Shown in pieces: positions 1 to 10,134 of a DNA stretch of 64,000 nucleotides. Each line of letters begins with the position of its first letter. The stretch's first letter is position 1. The DNA is from Anaerolineae bacterium (lineage in GTDB: Bacteria; Chloroflexota; Anaerolineae; UBA1429): the NCBI GenBank assembly GCA_963675785.1, contig OY776562.1:1920001-1984000 (forward strand). The letters run 5' to 3'. Below the pieces are notes generated by a model. The model did no database searches. It had not been told where the DNA came from and saw only the letters and a program-made list of their open reading frames with translations. The translations under genes and the position numbers were made by a program.

Positions 1-2255
1 TCATCTGGCATTTGATCAAGAAGCCTGAGAGCAGAAGCCAGGTACTCGGATGCTTCAGCGATAGCTTGGGCTTGCTCGGCACGATCGGCGGCAGCGCAAG
101 AATAATGAAAGCCGTGCTCTACATCGCCGCCCTCGACATAGTGGCGGGCCAATTGATAGGTATAGTCATCCAATTCATCAGCATAGTTCTGTTCGATAAC
201 CTGGGCGACCATGAGATGGCACTCGCGAGCCAACGCAGGTGGTAATTCCTGATAGATGATCTCGCGAATTTTGTTATGGGCAAACTGAAAACCGTGCTCG
301 TCTGATTCAATGAGGCCGTAACGCTGCTCTAGTGCGTGCAGTCGCTTCATCACAGTCAGTCGCGTGCCCCCGACAAGGTGTTGGAGCAAGGAGACGTCAA
401 TGCGCTGACCAAGGATAGAGCCCCAGTCGAGCATATCCCGCTCATCGTCGCCAGTACGCTCGATGCGGCGCATCACAATGTCATACACACTGCCAGGAAT
501 ATCGCAATCCTCAACCGAGCCAGCCAACCGCCATTGACCATCCTGCTGAATGAGCACATTTTGCTCGCGCAGTAGAGAGAGCATTTCGAGTAGGTAGAAG
601 GGGTTGCCCTCGCATTCCGTCACCAAGAGATCGGCGAGATCGGGGGCGATCATGTCCACGTTCAACGCATAGGCAGCCATCTCTTCAGCATCCTGATGGC
701 TAAGGGGCTTGAGCCGAATGCTGCGGAAAAGCTTTTCGCGACTCATGCGTTGTTCGGTTTCTCGCAACGGATGCCGCTCACCACCAATACCTGGAAGCAC
801 GTCCTCTGGGCGGAAGGTGCCGATCAACAGAATGCGCTGCCCCTGGCAGGCACGAGCCAAATAGTGGAACAACTGTAATGTGGTAAGGCTCGCCCACTGG
901 AGGTCATCTACTACCAACAGCACGGGCCAGAGCTTGGAAACAGCTGTCAGAAAGCGACTAAAGAGCTCAAATACCTGGTTTTGCCCACGAGCCTGAGCCA
1001 ATTCTGCGAGCCAATCGTTTGCCGTGGCCGTCCCTACAGCCTGGCGCATTCCCCAAATGGATTGCAATCCTTCAAGGAAGGACTGAATTTCGGCTTCACG
1101 AGTGTCACTCAGGTCGCGCGGACGATCGTACCAGAATTCGGCAAACTGACGCACTACACCGACAAAGGGCGAATAGGGGTCTGGCGTGTCACCATAGAGG
1201 CAGGTACCAATTAGGCAGCGAGCGTTTTGGGCCGTTTGTTGCTGCAATAGTTCACGAACGAGGCGCGTTTTCCCCGTGCCAGCCTCGCCAACAATCATGC
1301 AGGTGCTACCTGCGCCACTGGCCGCCCTACCAGCCGCCTCTGCCAATTCAAAGAGTTCTGCAGCACGCCCCACAAGCGGCACGACACCTGCAGTTAGTGG
1401 TTCACCATGAACAGTTGTGGGCGCAAGGCAAGCTACAGAGATAGCCTCGCCAGAAAGCAAGGCTGCAAGGTCTGTCTCTACCTGAGAGGCGCAAGCAGGT
1501 CGCAATTCGGGGTTCTTGTTGAGCAAGCTACCAATGAGTGCATCCAACGCCTCGGGCAGATCGCGGTTGAAGGAGCGGATGCTTTCGTGGTCTTCGTTGA
1601 GCAGCTTGTAAATAACGGCAATGGCCGTCGGGCCAATAAATGGTGGCTGCCCAACTACCATCTCGTACAGTACGGCACCAAGGGCGTACAGGTCAGAAGC
1701 GGGAGTAACTGGTTTACCCACTGCTTGTTCGGGCGAGAGGTAATAGACCGTGCCCATGATGGTGCCAGTGCGGGTCATACTGGAGGCATCGCTGAGATGC
1801 GCCAAACCAAAGTCAGATAATCGAGGAAGCCCATCACCGCCAAAGAGGATATTTCCAGGCTTTATATCGCGATGGATGATATTTGCATCGTGTGCCTGCT
1901 GCAGTGCAGAAGCAAGCTGGCGGGTAATATCGACTGCTTCACGCCAGTCTATTGTGGCACCAGCTAGGCGTTCTTTGAGGCTGCCACCTTCGGCCAATTC
2001 CATGGCCAAATAGCGTTGATCATCGGCCAAGCCGGCATCATACACGCGCACAATGTTGGGGTGGTTGAGCCGAGAAAGGGCCTTGGCCTCGCGCGTAAAG
2101 CGCAGCACCATAGCCGGCTCAGCTCGTTCACTAAGGACCTTGAGGGCAACCACTTGGCCAGAAACAAGGTCATGTGCTCGATAGACCTCGGCAGCTGCAC
2201 CGACACCCAACAACTCTTCAACTCTGTAATGCCCCAAAACCGATTCGATATTCAT
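1..2255 (-). CDS. Ser/Thr protein kinase fused to a STAND/AAA ATPase and a probable TPR region (3' end runs off the window)
   Basis: Not in the ORF track because no stop lies inside the window. Manual translation from ATG 2255 gives MNIESVLGHYRVEELLGVGAAAEVYRAHD..VALKVL..HPNIVRVYD..HRDIKPGNIL..SDFGLA, then Walker A GEAGTGKT (~1266-1289), Walker B LLVVDDLQW, GNPFY, FAHNKIREIIY and LARHY. Confidence 0.92.
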   Translation of the reverse strand, partial: MNIESVLGHYRVEELLGVGAAAEVYRAHDLVSGQVVALKVLSERAEPAMVLRFTREAKALSRLNHPNIVRVYDAGLADDQRYLAMELAEGGSLKERLAGATIDWREAVDITRQLASALQQAHDANIIHRDIKPGNILFGGDGLPRLSDFGLAHLSDASSMTRTGTIMGTVYYLSPEQAVGKPVTPASDLYALGAVLYEMVVGQPPFIGPTAIAVIYKLLNEDHESIRSFNRDLPEALDALIGSLLNKNPELRPACASQVETDLAALLSGEAISVACLAPTTVHGEPLTAGVVPLVGRAAELFELAEAAGRAASGAGSTCMIVGEAGTGKTRLVRELLQQQTAQNARCLIGTCLYGDTPDPYSPFVGVVRQFAEFWYDRPRDLSDTREAEIQSFLEGLQSIWGMRQAVGTATANDWLAELAQARGQNQVFELFSRFLTAVSKLWPVLLVVDDLQWASLTTLQLFHYLARACQGQRILLIGTFRPEDVLPGIGGERHPLRETEQRMSREKLFRSIRLKPLSHQDAEEMAAYALNVDMIAPDLADLLVTECEGNPFYLLEMLSLLREQNVLIQQDGQWRLAGSVEDCDIPGSVYDIVMRRIERTGDDERDMLDWGSILGQRIDVSLLQHLVGGTRLTVMKRLHALEQRYGLIESDEHGFQFAHNKIREIIYQELPPALARECHLMVAQVIEQNYADELDDYTYQLARHYVEGGDVEHGFHYSCAAADRAEQAQAIAEASEYLASALRLLDQMPD

Positions 2256-2299
2256 AGCCCGCTGCGGATTTGAACCCGCCAACTAACATAAAGCCCAAA

Positions 2300-3673
2300 C
2301 TAACACTGCGAATCAACACAGGGTAGACTGATGGTGAATTGCGTTCCGATACCAAGTTCCGACGCCACTTTGATAGTCCCCCCGTGGGCCTCAACAATGC
2401 TCTTACACACACTCAGCCCCAGGCCAATACCATTCTCTTTGGTTGTAAAGAAAGGTTCAAAGAGAGATTGGAGATTCTCGGGTGAAATGCCCACGCCTGT
2501 ATCGGCAACGGTTGCCTTGACCTCGCCCTCCTCACAGCATGTAGTAATAAGCAATTTACCGCCTTCAGCCATGGCCTGTACCGCATTGGTAACCAAGTTA
2601 ATAAACACTTGCTGAATCTGGTCTCCATCGGCTAACACCATAGTGCCTTCTGGAGAGAACGAGGTCTCTACGACGACAGTCTCGGGTCTCTGCACTCGAG
2701 CAAGTGTTTCAGAAAGCAAGTCATTCACATCGGTACGGTCCATCTGTCGGGGGCGATTCCGCGAGAAGAAGAGCAAATCGTTGATGATTTTGTTCTGGCG
2801 GTCGATCTCGCTGTCAATCTTTTGGATATAACGCCCAAAGAGCTCGCTAGAAAAATCCTCTTCTTTCTCCACAAGCCTTTCGAGGAAAAAGAGTGAAGCA
2901 CGCATGACCATAAGTGGATTGCGAAGTTCGTGTGCTACGCTTGCCGAGAGGCGTCCCACTGCTGCAAGGCGCTCTGCCTGAACAAGCTGTTCCTGGGTTT
3001 CCTTGAGCTCTTGCATAGCCGCTTGCAGTCGCTCGTTGGAATCTACGGCATCTTGGTACAAGCGCGCATTGCGAATGGCCAAGGCCGCCTGAGATGACAT
3101 GGCTTGCAACAAGTGCAGATCGGGTTCACCGAAAAAACGCTCACTAATCAGCGTATCCACATAAATAGCGCCCAAGCATTGCCCCAAGGCAGTGAGCGGT
3201 ACTGCCAATACCGAACGAATCTGCTGGGAGATGATACTCTGGCTCAGCTCAAAACGGCCATCATCTTGCACATTCGTAGTAAGAATGGGCGCTCCACTCT
3301 CTATTACCTTACACACGAGACTCGTGCTATAGGCATCATCGGGGTTCTCTGGGTCAAAGTGTCGAGCTGCAGCGATATCTCTTTCGCCTTGATCGTTAAC
3401 TAGCACAACATAGCCGCGTTCGGCACCAACAAGCCCTGTTGCGCGTTCAATAATCATGTGCAACAGTTCGGAAAGTTGGAATGACGAAGCCATCAAGCCA
3501 GCAACCTCGTAGAGTAGGGCCAGTTCACGGCGCTCTTCATCCGTTGCTGCAGCTAAACGCACAGCTTCTTGAGCCATCCTGATGTGTTCGTCAGATGGCG
3601 CCTTACCTGCCTGTACCAGGCTTTGTATCTCGTTGGAAAGCTCCAACAGGATTTGTTTGAACGAATCTGCCAT
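2300..3673 (-). CDS. GAF-domain sensor histidine kinase (cytoplasmic)
   Basis: GAF (SVLAVPL..GAIYVD), coiled coil, H-box HELRNPL, N-box NLVTNA, G-boxes DTGVG/GIGLGL; no TM helix. Confidence 0.93.
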   Translation of the reverse strand: MADSFKQILLELSNEIQSLVQAGKAPSDEHIRMAQEAVRLAAATDEERRELALLYEVAGLMASSFQLSELLHMIIERATGLVGAERGYVVLVNDQGERDIAAARHFDPENPDDAYSTSLVCKVIESGAPILTTNVQDDGRFELSQSIISQQIRSVLAVPLTALGQCLGAIYVDTLISERFFGEPDLHLLQAMSSQAALAIRNARLYQDAVDSNERLQAAMQELKETQEQLVQAERLAAVGRLSASVAHELRNPLMVMRASLFFLERLVEKEEDFSSELFGRYIQKIDSEIDRQNKIINDLLFFSRNRPRQMDRTDVNDLLSETLARVQRPETVVVETSFSPEGTMVLADGDQIQQVFINLVTNAVQAMAEGGKLLITTCCEEGEVKATVADTGVGISPENLQSLFEPFFTTKENGIGLGLSVCKSIVEAHGGTIKVASELGIGTQFTISLPCVDSQC

Positions 3674-3682
3674 GACTGTTTC

Positions 3683-4039
3683 CTAGATCATCAGGAGCGG
3701 CAAAAAAGATGCCACATCCAACGGTTTACGAAATACGGCTTCTGCCCCCTCGCTCATTGCTTCTTGAGCAAGCTCACCGCCATCAAACCCGGTAATCATG
3801 ATAACGCGAATGGTAGGGGCAAGTTTCTTGATGGCTCGAAGGGTATCCACGCCGTTCATACCTGGCATACGAAGGTCAAGCAAGGCAAAATCAAAATTTT
3901 CTGTTGAACACAGCCGCACAGCCTGTTCGCCACTAGTCGCAACGCTGACTTGATATCCTTCGAGAGTGAGAATATCTCTCATCGTCTCTCCGATGCCGGG
4001 GTCATCGTCAACGACCAGCACATTCGAAAAATCGCTCAT
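3683..4039 (-). CDS. single-domain response regulator receiver
   Basis: VLVVDDD, LLDLRMPG, ITG and FRKP receiver motifs; 118 aa. Confidence 0.93.
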   Translation of the reverse strand: MSDFSNVLVVDDDPGIGETMRDILTLEGYQVSVATSGEQAVRLCSTENFDFALLDLRMPGMNGVDTLRAIKKLAPTIRVIMITGFDGGELAQEAMSEGAEAVFRKPLDVASFLPLLMI

Positions 4040-4173
4040 GCCCTACCGTCCTCTTAAAGGTACTTCTTTTGCCTAGTCAGTATAACTAGCCCCCGGTCAG
4101 ATGCCGTTAGAATAGCGTAAAGGTAGAGTATGAAGAGGTATGTGATATGTAAACATCTTATCTTGTTGATTTC

Positions 4174-4202
4174 TTGTCACCTCTTTGACCATGTGTTAGA
4201 AT
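4174..4202 (+). promoter_or_regulatory. sigma70-type promoter for the glycoside hydrolase genes
   Basis: TTGTCA-17 bp-TAGAAT with an extended -10 TG. Confidence 0.55.
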
Positions 4203-4300
4203 CGGCGCGACTACTGACATACTCAATGAGGATATAGATACCCCATCTTCGTATCGTTTATGCCAACCCGCGGAGTAGAAACAAGGAGCACTGACCAAGG

Positions 4301-7237
4301 ATGGAAAATCGACCCAAACCTAGCAAGCTTGCCAAGTTCCTGCAAAGCAAGCGAACCCAGCAAATCATCGAGTTCGTGCTGGTACCCCTGCTTCTCCTAT
4401 CGTCCTTATTCCTTCCCCCTGCAGCCTTGGGTGATAGGCTCTTTCACTGGGATCACACTCTCGCCAAGGCCGGTCAAGACACCGTGATTGACGGTCCTGA
4501 TGGTGTCAGTTTGGCAATAGCCAGCGCAGATGCCACCGGAAAATGTCGATTGTTGGTAGAAACTGTCGGCGAGGATATCCCAGGTGCAGACCGTGATGGT
4601 AGTCTTTTTGTTACTGCCGCCACAACAGGCGCCGCTTCTGACTATGCTGATGACAGCGTCGAGATCATCGCAGCAGAAGCCATGCCCTCTGACCTTGATA
4701 TCAGCAGCGCCATTTACCATGTCAGCCTTTATGGTAATGAGCCAGACGCCAGCACGATCACACTCCCCCTTGATGACTCGGAAATTGAATTGACAGATGT
4801 CTACGTTTGGGAAGATGGGGCCTGGACGTGGGTACCTTCGTCCTATAGTGACGAAACGATAAGCGCAACAGTAAGCGGTGTTCCAGAGCTGGTTATGACC
4901 ACTCAAGCCGCTTCAACCGTATTGAGCTTGAGCGCGGATAGCTCTGAAGCCGCCTCAGCAATCGGTGCGCGCACCATCTTTGCGGCGAGTGTTGCCATTG
5001 ATGAAACCGGTAGCGTCGTTGACGAGATCTCGGCTGCGCCCGAGGGCGTTCAGGCTATGCTGACCATCAACAACGTCATCGATGGTGTGGTTCGCAGCGA
5101 TCTCATCACCAATCTCATCTCAAACCCAGATAACGTAAGCGCAGCCGTTGCCAGCCTGGTTAACACCTGTAAAGCAGCCGGCTATGAAGGGCTCGAGTTG
5201 AATCTCGACGGCCTAAGCGCGGATCTGGCCGATGAATATGTGGCTTTTGTCTCATCTCTGGCAGATGCACTGCATGAGCAAGGCCTAGTGCTAGCAATCA
5301 ACCTGGATGAAGAGCAAACCAACTATGATTGGCAGGCACTCGGTGCAGTGGCAGATGCCATTCGTATCCCCTTGATGACCACAGATGTTGCCGACTTTAG
5401 CCCCACAGGCAAAGCCGAAACATTCATGACCTGGGCAACGCATCAGGTCAATCGATCCAAGGTTGAGCTGGTATTCTCAGCCGATGCGGCTATCGTATCT
5501 GATTCTGCAGTGAACTATACAAGTTACTATGATGCCCTGCTCCTCCTCGGCTCCGAACTTGCGCTGGACAATAGCAACGGGCTCTATGAACCCGGTGATA
5601 CCATCATCGTGACCATGGCCGATGTAGAATCCAACGCCCTGTTCTATGATGAAGAATCGCTCACCTATTATTTCAATAATGGCGACGATACGGTCATCCT
5701 GGAGACAGGTTCCAGTATGAGTCGGAAACTCAATCTGCTAAGCCAATTCGCTGTAGCGGGTCTCGGCCTTGAAGATTGGGCGGAGGACGCCAGCGATCCA
5801 GATATAGTTGTGGCGCTGGACACCTACACCGACGATATTGCCGTCAGCGCGGCTCAGTACGCCATGATCTATACCCTTTCAGAGCAAGACAGTGCCGAAC
5901 CTGAAGCCACTGTTGTAGCACAGTTGACAGATCCCGAGCAGAGCTGGACAGCGCCGAATAATCCGGGCGAATATGTTATCAGTGCACTCATCTCTACTGA
6001 TGGTGGTGAAACGGCGCTCGAAGCGGTTGCTACAGCAGAGTTCATCGTGCCATCGCCCACGCCTTCGCCAACGCCAACCAACACACCGACCCTGACTCCT
6101 GTGCCAACGGCGGCGGCGTCAACATCGTCGGGTTCTAGCTCAGGTTCTGACGCCACCACGGCGCCAGTTGCCACAGCGGTGCCTTCGTACGGTTCCACCG
6201 GAAATTATTTCGGCTACGGCATCCAGGCAGACTTGATCACCGATACAAACTATGATCGTACCCTGGGTGCAGTTTCGGATATCGGCTTTAACTGGGTCAA
6301 ACAACAAGTTGAATGGTTCCGCTACAACCCCTCACCAGGTGTTTATGATTGGGGTGCCCTAGACGCCATTGTCGATCAGGCCAATGCCCGCGGCATCAAC
6401 ATCCTCTTTAGTGTCGTCAAAGCCCCCTCCTGGGCACGACCAGCTGGCGACACCGATCAGGGGCCTCCTTCTGACCCTGCAACCTATGCGACATTTATGC
6501 GTGAATTGGCTGCTCGATATGCTGGCCGTGTTCAAGCTTATGAAATCTGGAACGAGCAGAATCTTTACTATGAGTGGGGCGGATTGGGCAACAAGCTCAA
6601 TGCGGCCAACTATGTCGAATTGCTCAAGGCTGCCTATAGTGCTGTCAAATCTGTAGATTCCAGTGCAGTGGTGATATCCGGTGCACTAACACCGACCGGC
6701 GTCAATGATGGCAATATCGCCATCGATGACCGCGCCTATCTGGAACAGATGTATCAGGCGGGCCTCAGGTACTATTGCGATGCCGTCGGAGCACATCCCA
6801 GCGGGTATAACAACCCACCAGATGCCGATTGGCAGACCTACTCTGATCCGTCGACGAGCGCTTGCAAAGGCCATCCGTCATGGTTCTTCCGCGGCACCAT
6901 GGAAAGCTACCGAAACATCATGGTCGCCTATGGAGACTCGAGTAAACGTGTCTGGGTTACCGAGTTCGGCTGGGCAACTGTAGATGGTTTGGGCGTCTCA
7001 CCGGCAACAGGTTATGAATACGCCTCGGATAACACCGAAGCTGAACAGGCAGCTTTTATCGTGCAAGCCTATCAATTGGGTAAATCGTGGGGTTGGGTCG
7101 GGCCCATGTTCCTTTGGAATCTCAACTTTGCGCCAGTAGCCGGTAATGCGGATGAAAAAGCTGCCTTTGGCATCGTTCGCGGTGACTGGAGTGCACGCGC
7201 CGCATACAGCGCTTTGCGCGATATGGCCAAGTGGTAG
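4301..7237 (+). CDS. membrane-anchored multidomain glycoside hydrolase (degenerate GH18-like barrel + P/T linker + clan GH-A GH5/GH39-like domain)
   Basis: N-terminal hydrophobic helix; GYEGLELNLD resembling GH18 DxxDxDxE; PSPTPSPTPT linker; EIWNEQN acid/base and VTEFGW nucleophile motifs. Confidence 0.78.
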   Translation: MENRPKPSKLAKFLQSKRTQQIIEFVLVPLLLLSSLFLPPAALGDRLFHWDHTLAKAGQDTVIDGPDGVSLAIASADATGKCRLLVETVGEDIPGADRDGSLFVTAATTGAASDYADDSVEIIAAEAMPSDLDISSAIYHVSLYGNEPDASTITLPLDDSEIELTDVYVWEDGAWTWVPSSYSDETISATVSGVPELVMTTQAASTVLSLSADSSEAASAIGARTIFAASVAIDETGSVVDEISAAPEGVQAMLTINNVIDGVVRSDLITNLISNPDNVSAAVASLVNTCKAAGYEGLELNLDGLSADLADEYVAFVSSLADALHEQGLVLAINLDEEQTNYDWQALGAVADAIRIPLMTTDVADFSPTGKAETFMTWATHQVNRSKVELVFSADAAIVSDSAVNYTSYYDALLLLGSELALDNSNGLYEPGDTIIVTMADVESNALFYDEESLTYYFNNGDDTVILETGSSMSRKLNLLSQFAVAGLGLEDWAEDASDPDIVVALDTYTDDIAVSAAQYAMIYTLSEQDSAEPEATVVAQLTDPEQSWTAPNNPGEYVISALISTDGGETALEAVATAEFIVPSPTPSPTPTNTPTLTPVPTAAASTSSGSSSGSDATTAPVATAVPSYGSTGNYFGYGIQADLITDTNYDRTLGAVSDIGFNWVKQQVEWFRYNPSPGVYDWGALDAIVDQANARGINILFSVVKAPSWARPAGDTDQGPPSDPATYATFMRELAARYAGRVQAYEIWNEQNLYYEWGGLGNKLNAANYVELLKAAYSAVKSVDSSAVVISGALTPTGVNDGNIAIDDRAYLEQMYQAGLRYYCDAVGAHPSGYNNPPDADWQTYSDPSTSACKGHPSWFFRGTMESYRNIMVAYGDSSKRVWVTEFGWATVDGLGVSPATGYEYASDNTEAEQAAFIVQAYQLGKSWGWVGPMFLWNLNFAPVAGNADEKAAFGIVRGDWSARAAYSALRDMAKW

Positions 7238-7255
7238 GAACCTTTTAGCCCCTCT

Positions 7256-7289
7256 GAGCGTCAGGATGCCTGCGGGTATCCTGACGCTC
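7256..7289 (+). other. intercistronic stem-loop
   Basis: GAGCGTCAGGATGCC-loop-GGTATCCTGACGCTC; no U-tract. Confidence 0.6.
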
Positions 7290-7338
7290 GCACCGGGAGC
7301 CACCCTCACCCCTCCCACACCCCAAAGGAGAATAGAGA

Positions 7339-8646
7339 ATGAATCGTCCGCTGCGGGCTGCACAATCTGTGCTGCTCGTCGTGCTCGCTCTCGTAATGAT
7401 TGGCTGTAGCGCTGCGACGGCAACCTCCGAGCCGACAGAATCCGCTGAAACAGTCAATACGCCTTTGCCAACCTTTACCCCTCAAGTCTCAGAGACAACG
7501 ACTGCCGCAGAAACCAGCATTCCTGCTGAAACAGTCGTGACAGAGGCCACAGAAGTATCAACGACCAATCCCGATGCAGTTAACATCAATGCTCCCATGC
7601 CCGAAGTCAAGTCTCTCACCATGGATTCGCCCGAATACGGTATGCAAGCCTTTATGTGGTGGCGACCTGAAGTAGCCAGCCGCGACTTGCAAGCAATTCG
7701 CGATGCGGGATTTGGTTGGGTCAAGGTGGGCTTTGGCTGGCGTGATATCGAAGGGGCCGGCAAGGGCATTTATGACTGGTCACATACGGATGCCATCGTA
7801 GAGATGGCCAACGCCGAGGGGATTGACCTGGTAGTACGCATCGATAATCAGCCTGAGTGGGCCGGGGGTAACTATCCTCTCAACGGACCCCCAGACGACT
7901 ATCAGGATCTGGCCGACTTTTTGACTGCGCTGGCGACTCGTTACGAGGGCCGTATTCGCGCCTATGAAGTGTGGAATGAGCCCAACCTGAGCCGGGAATG
8001 GGGTGGAAACGAACCGGATCCAGGGGCATACATCGAGATGCTGGGGATGGCCTATGACGCCATCAAAGCGGCTGATCCCAACGCCATGGTCATCTCGGCA
8101 GGGCTTTCTCCCACGGCAACATGGAATGAAGATGCCCGTCCCGATGAATGGTATCTTGCTTCTATGTACGAGGCTATGAACAAGAATAGCGACGGCTATT
8201 TTGATGTGTTGGGGGCGCATGGTGCTGGTTTTGCTTCGGCACCAGAAATTGACCCCGAGGTCGTGGCCAACGACCCTGATCTCGGCGGCAACGCCGTATT
8301 CGCCTTTCGCCATGTAGAGGCACTACGACAGATTATGGTGGATTACGGTGATGAAGACAAGCAGATGGCTTTGCTCGAATTTGGTTGGACTAGTGATCCC
8401 CGACCAGATTCGGACTATTATTGGCATGCTGTAAGCGAAGAGACCAAGGCGGACTATTTGGTCCGTGCGTACGAGTATGCCCAGGAAAATTGGTCCCCAT
8501 GGATGGGGCTCATGTCGCTCATTTATATGTGCGACCCCGACTGGACCGAAGAGGACGAACAGTACTGGTGGGCTATCACCTATCCAAGCTACCCAGAACT
8601 GAGCCCAAGACCGGCCTACACGGCCCTGGCGGCGATGGCAAAGTAA
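7339..8646 (+). CDS. lipoprotein, GH5/GH39-like (cellulase-family) glycoside hydrolase
   Basis: Lipobox MIGC, T/E-rich linker, EVWNEPN and LLEFGW motifs; paralogous to the C-terminal domain of the upstream gene. Confidence 0.85.
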   Translation: MNRPLRAAQSVLLVVLALVMIGCSAATATSEPTESAETVNTPLPTFTPQVSETTTAAETSIPAETVVTEATEVSTTNPDAVNINAPMPEVKSLTMDSPEYGMQAFMWWRPEVASRDLQAIRDAGFGWVKVGFGWRDIEGAGKGIYDWSHTDAIVEMANAEGIDLVVRIDNQPEWAGGNYPLNGPPDDYQDLADFLTALATRYEGRIRAYEVWNEPNLSREWGGNEPDPGAYIEMLGMAYDAIKAADPNAMVISAGLSPTATWNEDARPDEWYLASMYEAMNKNSDGYFDVLGAHGAGFASAPEIDPEVVANDPDLGGNAVFAFRHVEALRQIMVDYGDEDKQMALLEFGWTSDPRPDSDYYWHAVSEETKADYLVRAYEYAQENWSPWMGLMSLIYMCDPDWTEEDEQYWWAITYPSYPELSPRPAYTALAAMAK

Positions 8647-8647
8647 A

Positions 8648-8689
8648 AAGGGCTGGTCAGAACCGTTCATCGGGCTCTGACCAGTTCTT
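8648..8689 (+). terminator. probable intrinsic terminator
   Basis: CTGGTCAGA...TCTGACCAG stem right after the stop, followed by TTCTT. Confidence 0.55.
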
Positions 8690-8776
8690 CGCACTTTGAC
8701 AACTGCCCCTGCCCCGTATATCCTCTAGTTTGTGATAATCGGGCACTACCCGATGCAAATCTGTTAGGATTAGGAA

Positions 8777-10105
8777 ATGCCGATAATTATCGAGGGCAAA
8801 CAACCTCTATCGGGCAAAGTAGAGATCAACGGCGCCAAGAACGCCGCTCTACCCATCATTGCTGCTACACTGCTCACCTCCGATGAGTGCCTTCTCGAAA
8901 ATGTCCCTTTTATAGAAGATATCCGCAACCTTGTGCGCGTACTGCACCATATGGGTGTTGCTGCCCGCTTTGAGGGGCCAAACCGATTACGCATCAAGGC
9001 CACACGCATCTCAGATGCCAGTCTGCCAACAGAATTGGCCCTCAAGATGCGCGCCAGTTTCTTGATCGTCGGCCCTCTACTGGCACGTTTTGGTCAAGCC
9101 ATGGCCCCCCACCCCGGTGGATGTTCTATCGGCCAACGACCTGTCAGCGTGGATCTCAAAGGCTTTCAAACAATGGGTGCCCAATTGGATACCCACGATG
9201 GCGCCTATCACATCACTGCACCGCGGCTTTCTGGTGAGAGGCTGGTTTTGGATTATCCCAGCCATACCGGTACAGAGAACCTCATTATGGCTGCTTGTTT
9301 GGCGAACGGTACCACGATCATTGAAAATGCATCCATCGAGCCCGAAGTATCGGACTTGACCGCCTTTTTGTGCGCCATGGGCGCCCGTATCTATGGTGCA
9401 GGCACCCCCATCATTCGCATCGATGGCGTACCCAAACTGCACGGCGCTGTTTTCAGCGTCATGCCAGACCGCATGGAAGCCGGAACCTTTGCATTAGCGG
9501 GCGTCGTTTCTGGTGGCAAAGTGAGTATGGATGCCTGGGTGGCCCAATGGATGGGTGCCATGAACCAAAAGCTTCGTGAGGCTGGCGCCGAGGTGACCAT
9601 AGACGACGAACTCTACACCGTGTCTGCGCCCAAGCCGCTCAGTGGCGTAAGCATCCAAACCTATCCTTATCCCGGATTTCCCACCGACTTGCAGGCGCCT
9701 TTTGCACTCGCCATGACGCAGGCCTGGGGAGAAAGCACCATCTTTGAGACCATGTTTGACGGTCGTCTGGAATACGTCAAGCAGCTGCGAAACATGGGAG
9801 CAAAAATCGATACACCCAATGGCCGCATGGCTGTTGTGCATGGACCTACACCGTTGCACGGCACTTTGGTACAGGCGCTGGATATTCGCTCGGGTGCAGC
9901 GCTGGTGTTGGCTGGGTTAGCAGCCGAGGGCACCACAACCATCAATAATGTCGTCTATATCGACAGAGGCTACCAAGAGATTGACAGAAAACTTGCCAGT
10001 CTGGGAGCCAGCGTCCGCCGCGTTAGTGAAGCCAACCATGATGCACCGTCCAACCAGTACTCGGAACCCATCGAATGGGGTACGGTGCAGTATGGGTCGC
10101 ATTAA
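8777..10105 (+). CDS. murA: UDP-N-acetylglucosamine 1-carboxyvinyltransferase
   Basis: GAKNAALP, MRAS, PGGCSIGQRP (catalytic Cys), YPGFPTDLQ, DIRSGA, IDRGY. Confidence 0.97.
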   Translation: MPIIIEGKQPLSGKVEINGAKNAALPIIAATLLTSDECLLENVPFIEDIRNLVRVLHHMGVAARFEGPNRLRIKATRISDASLPTELALKMRASFLIVGPLLARFGQAMAPHPGGCSIGQRPVSVDLKGFQTMGAQLDTHDGAYHITAPRLSGERLVLDYPSHTGTENLIMAACLANGTTIIENASIEPEVSDLTAFLCAMGARIYGAGTPIIRIDGVPKLHGAVFSVMPDRMEAGTFALAGVVSGGKVSMDAWVAQWMGAMNQKLREAGAEVTIDDELYTVSAPKPLSGVSIQTYPYPGFPTDLQAPFALAMTQAWGESTIFETMFDGRLEYVKQLRNMGAKIDTPNGRMAVVHGPTPLHGTLVQALDIRSGAALVLAGLAAEGTTTINNVVYIDRGYQEIDRKLASLGASVRRVSEANHDAPSNQYSEPIEWGTVQYGSH

Positions 10106-10134
10106 GACCTATCATGTCATGATCAGGAGACCAT

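Noticed and set aside
12-2273. Short ORFs in the track over the first 2.3 kb
   Set aside because: Shadow frames of the real minus-strand kinase-ATPase gene starting at 2255.
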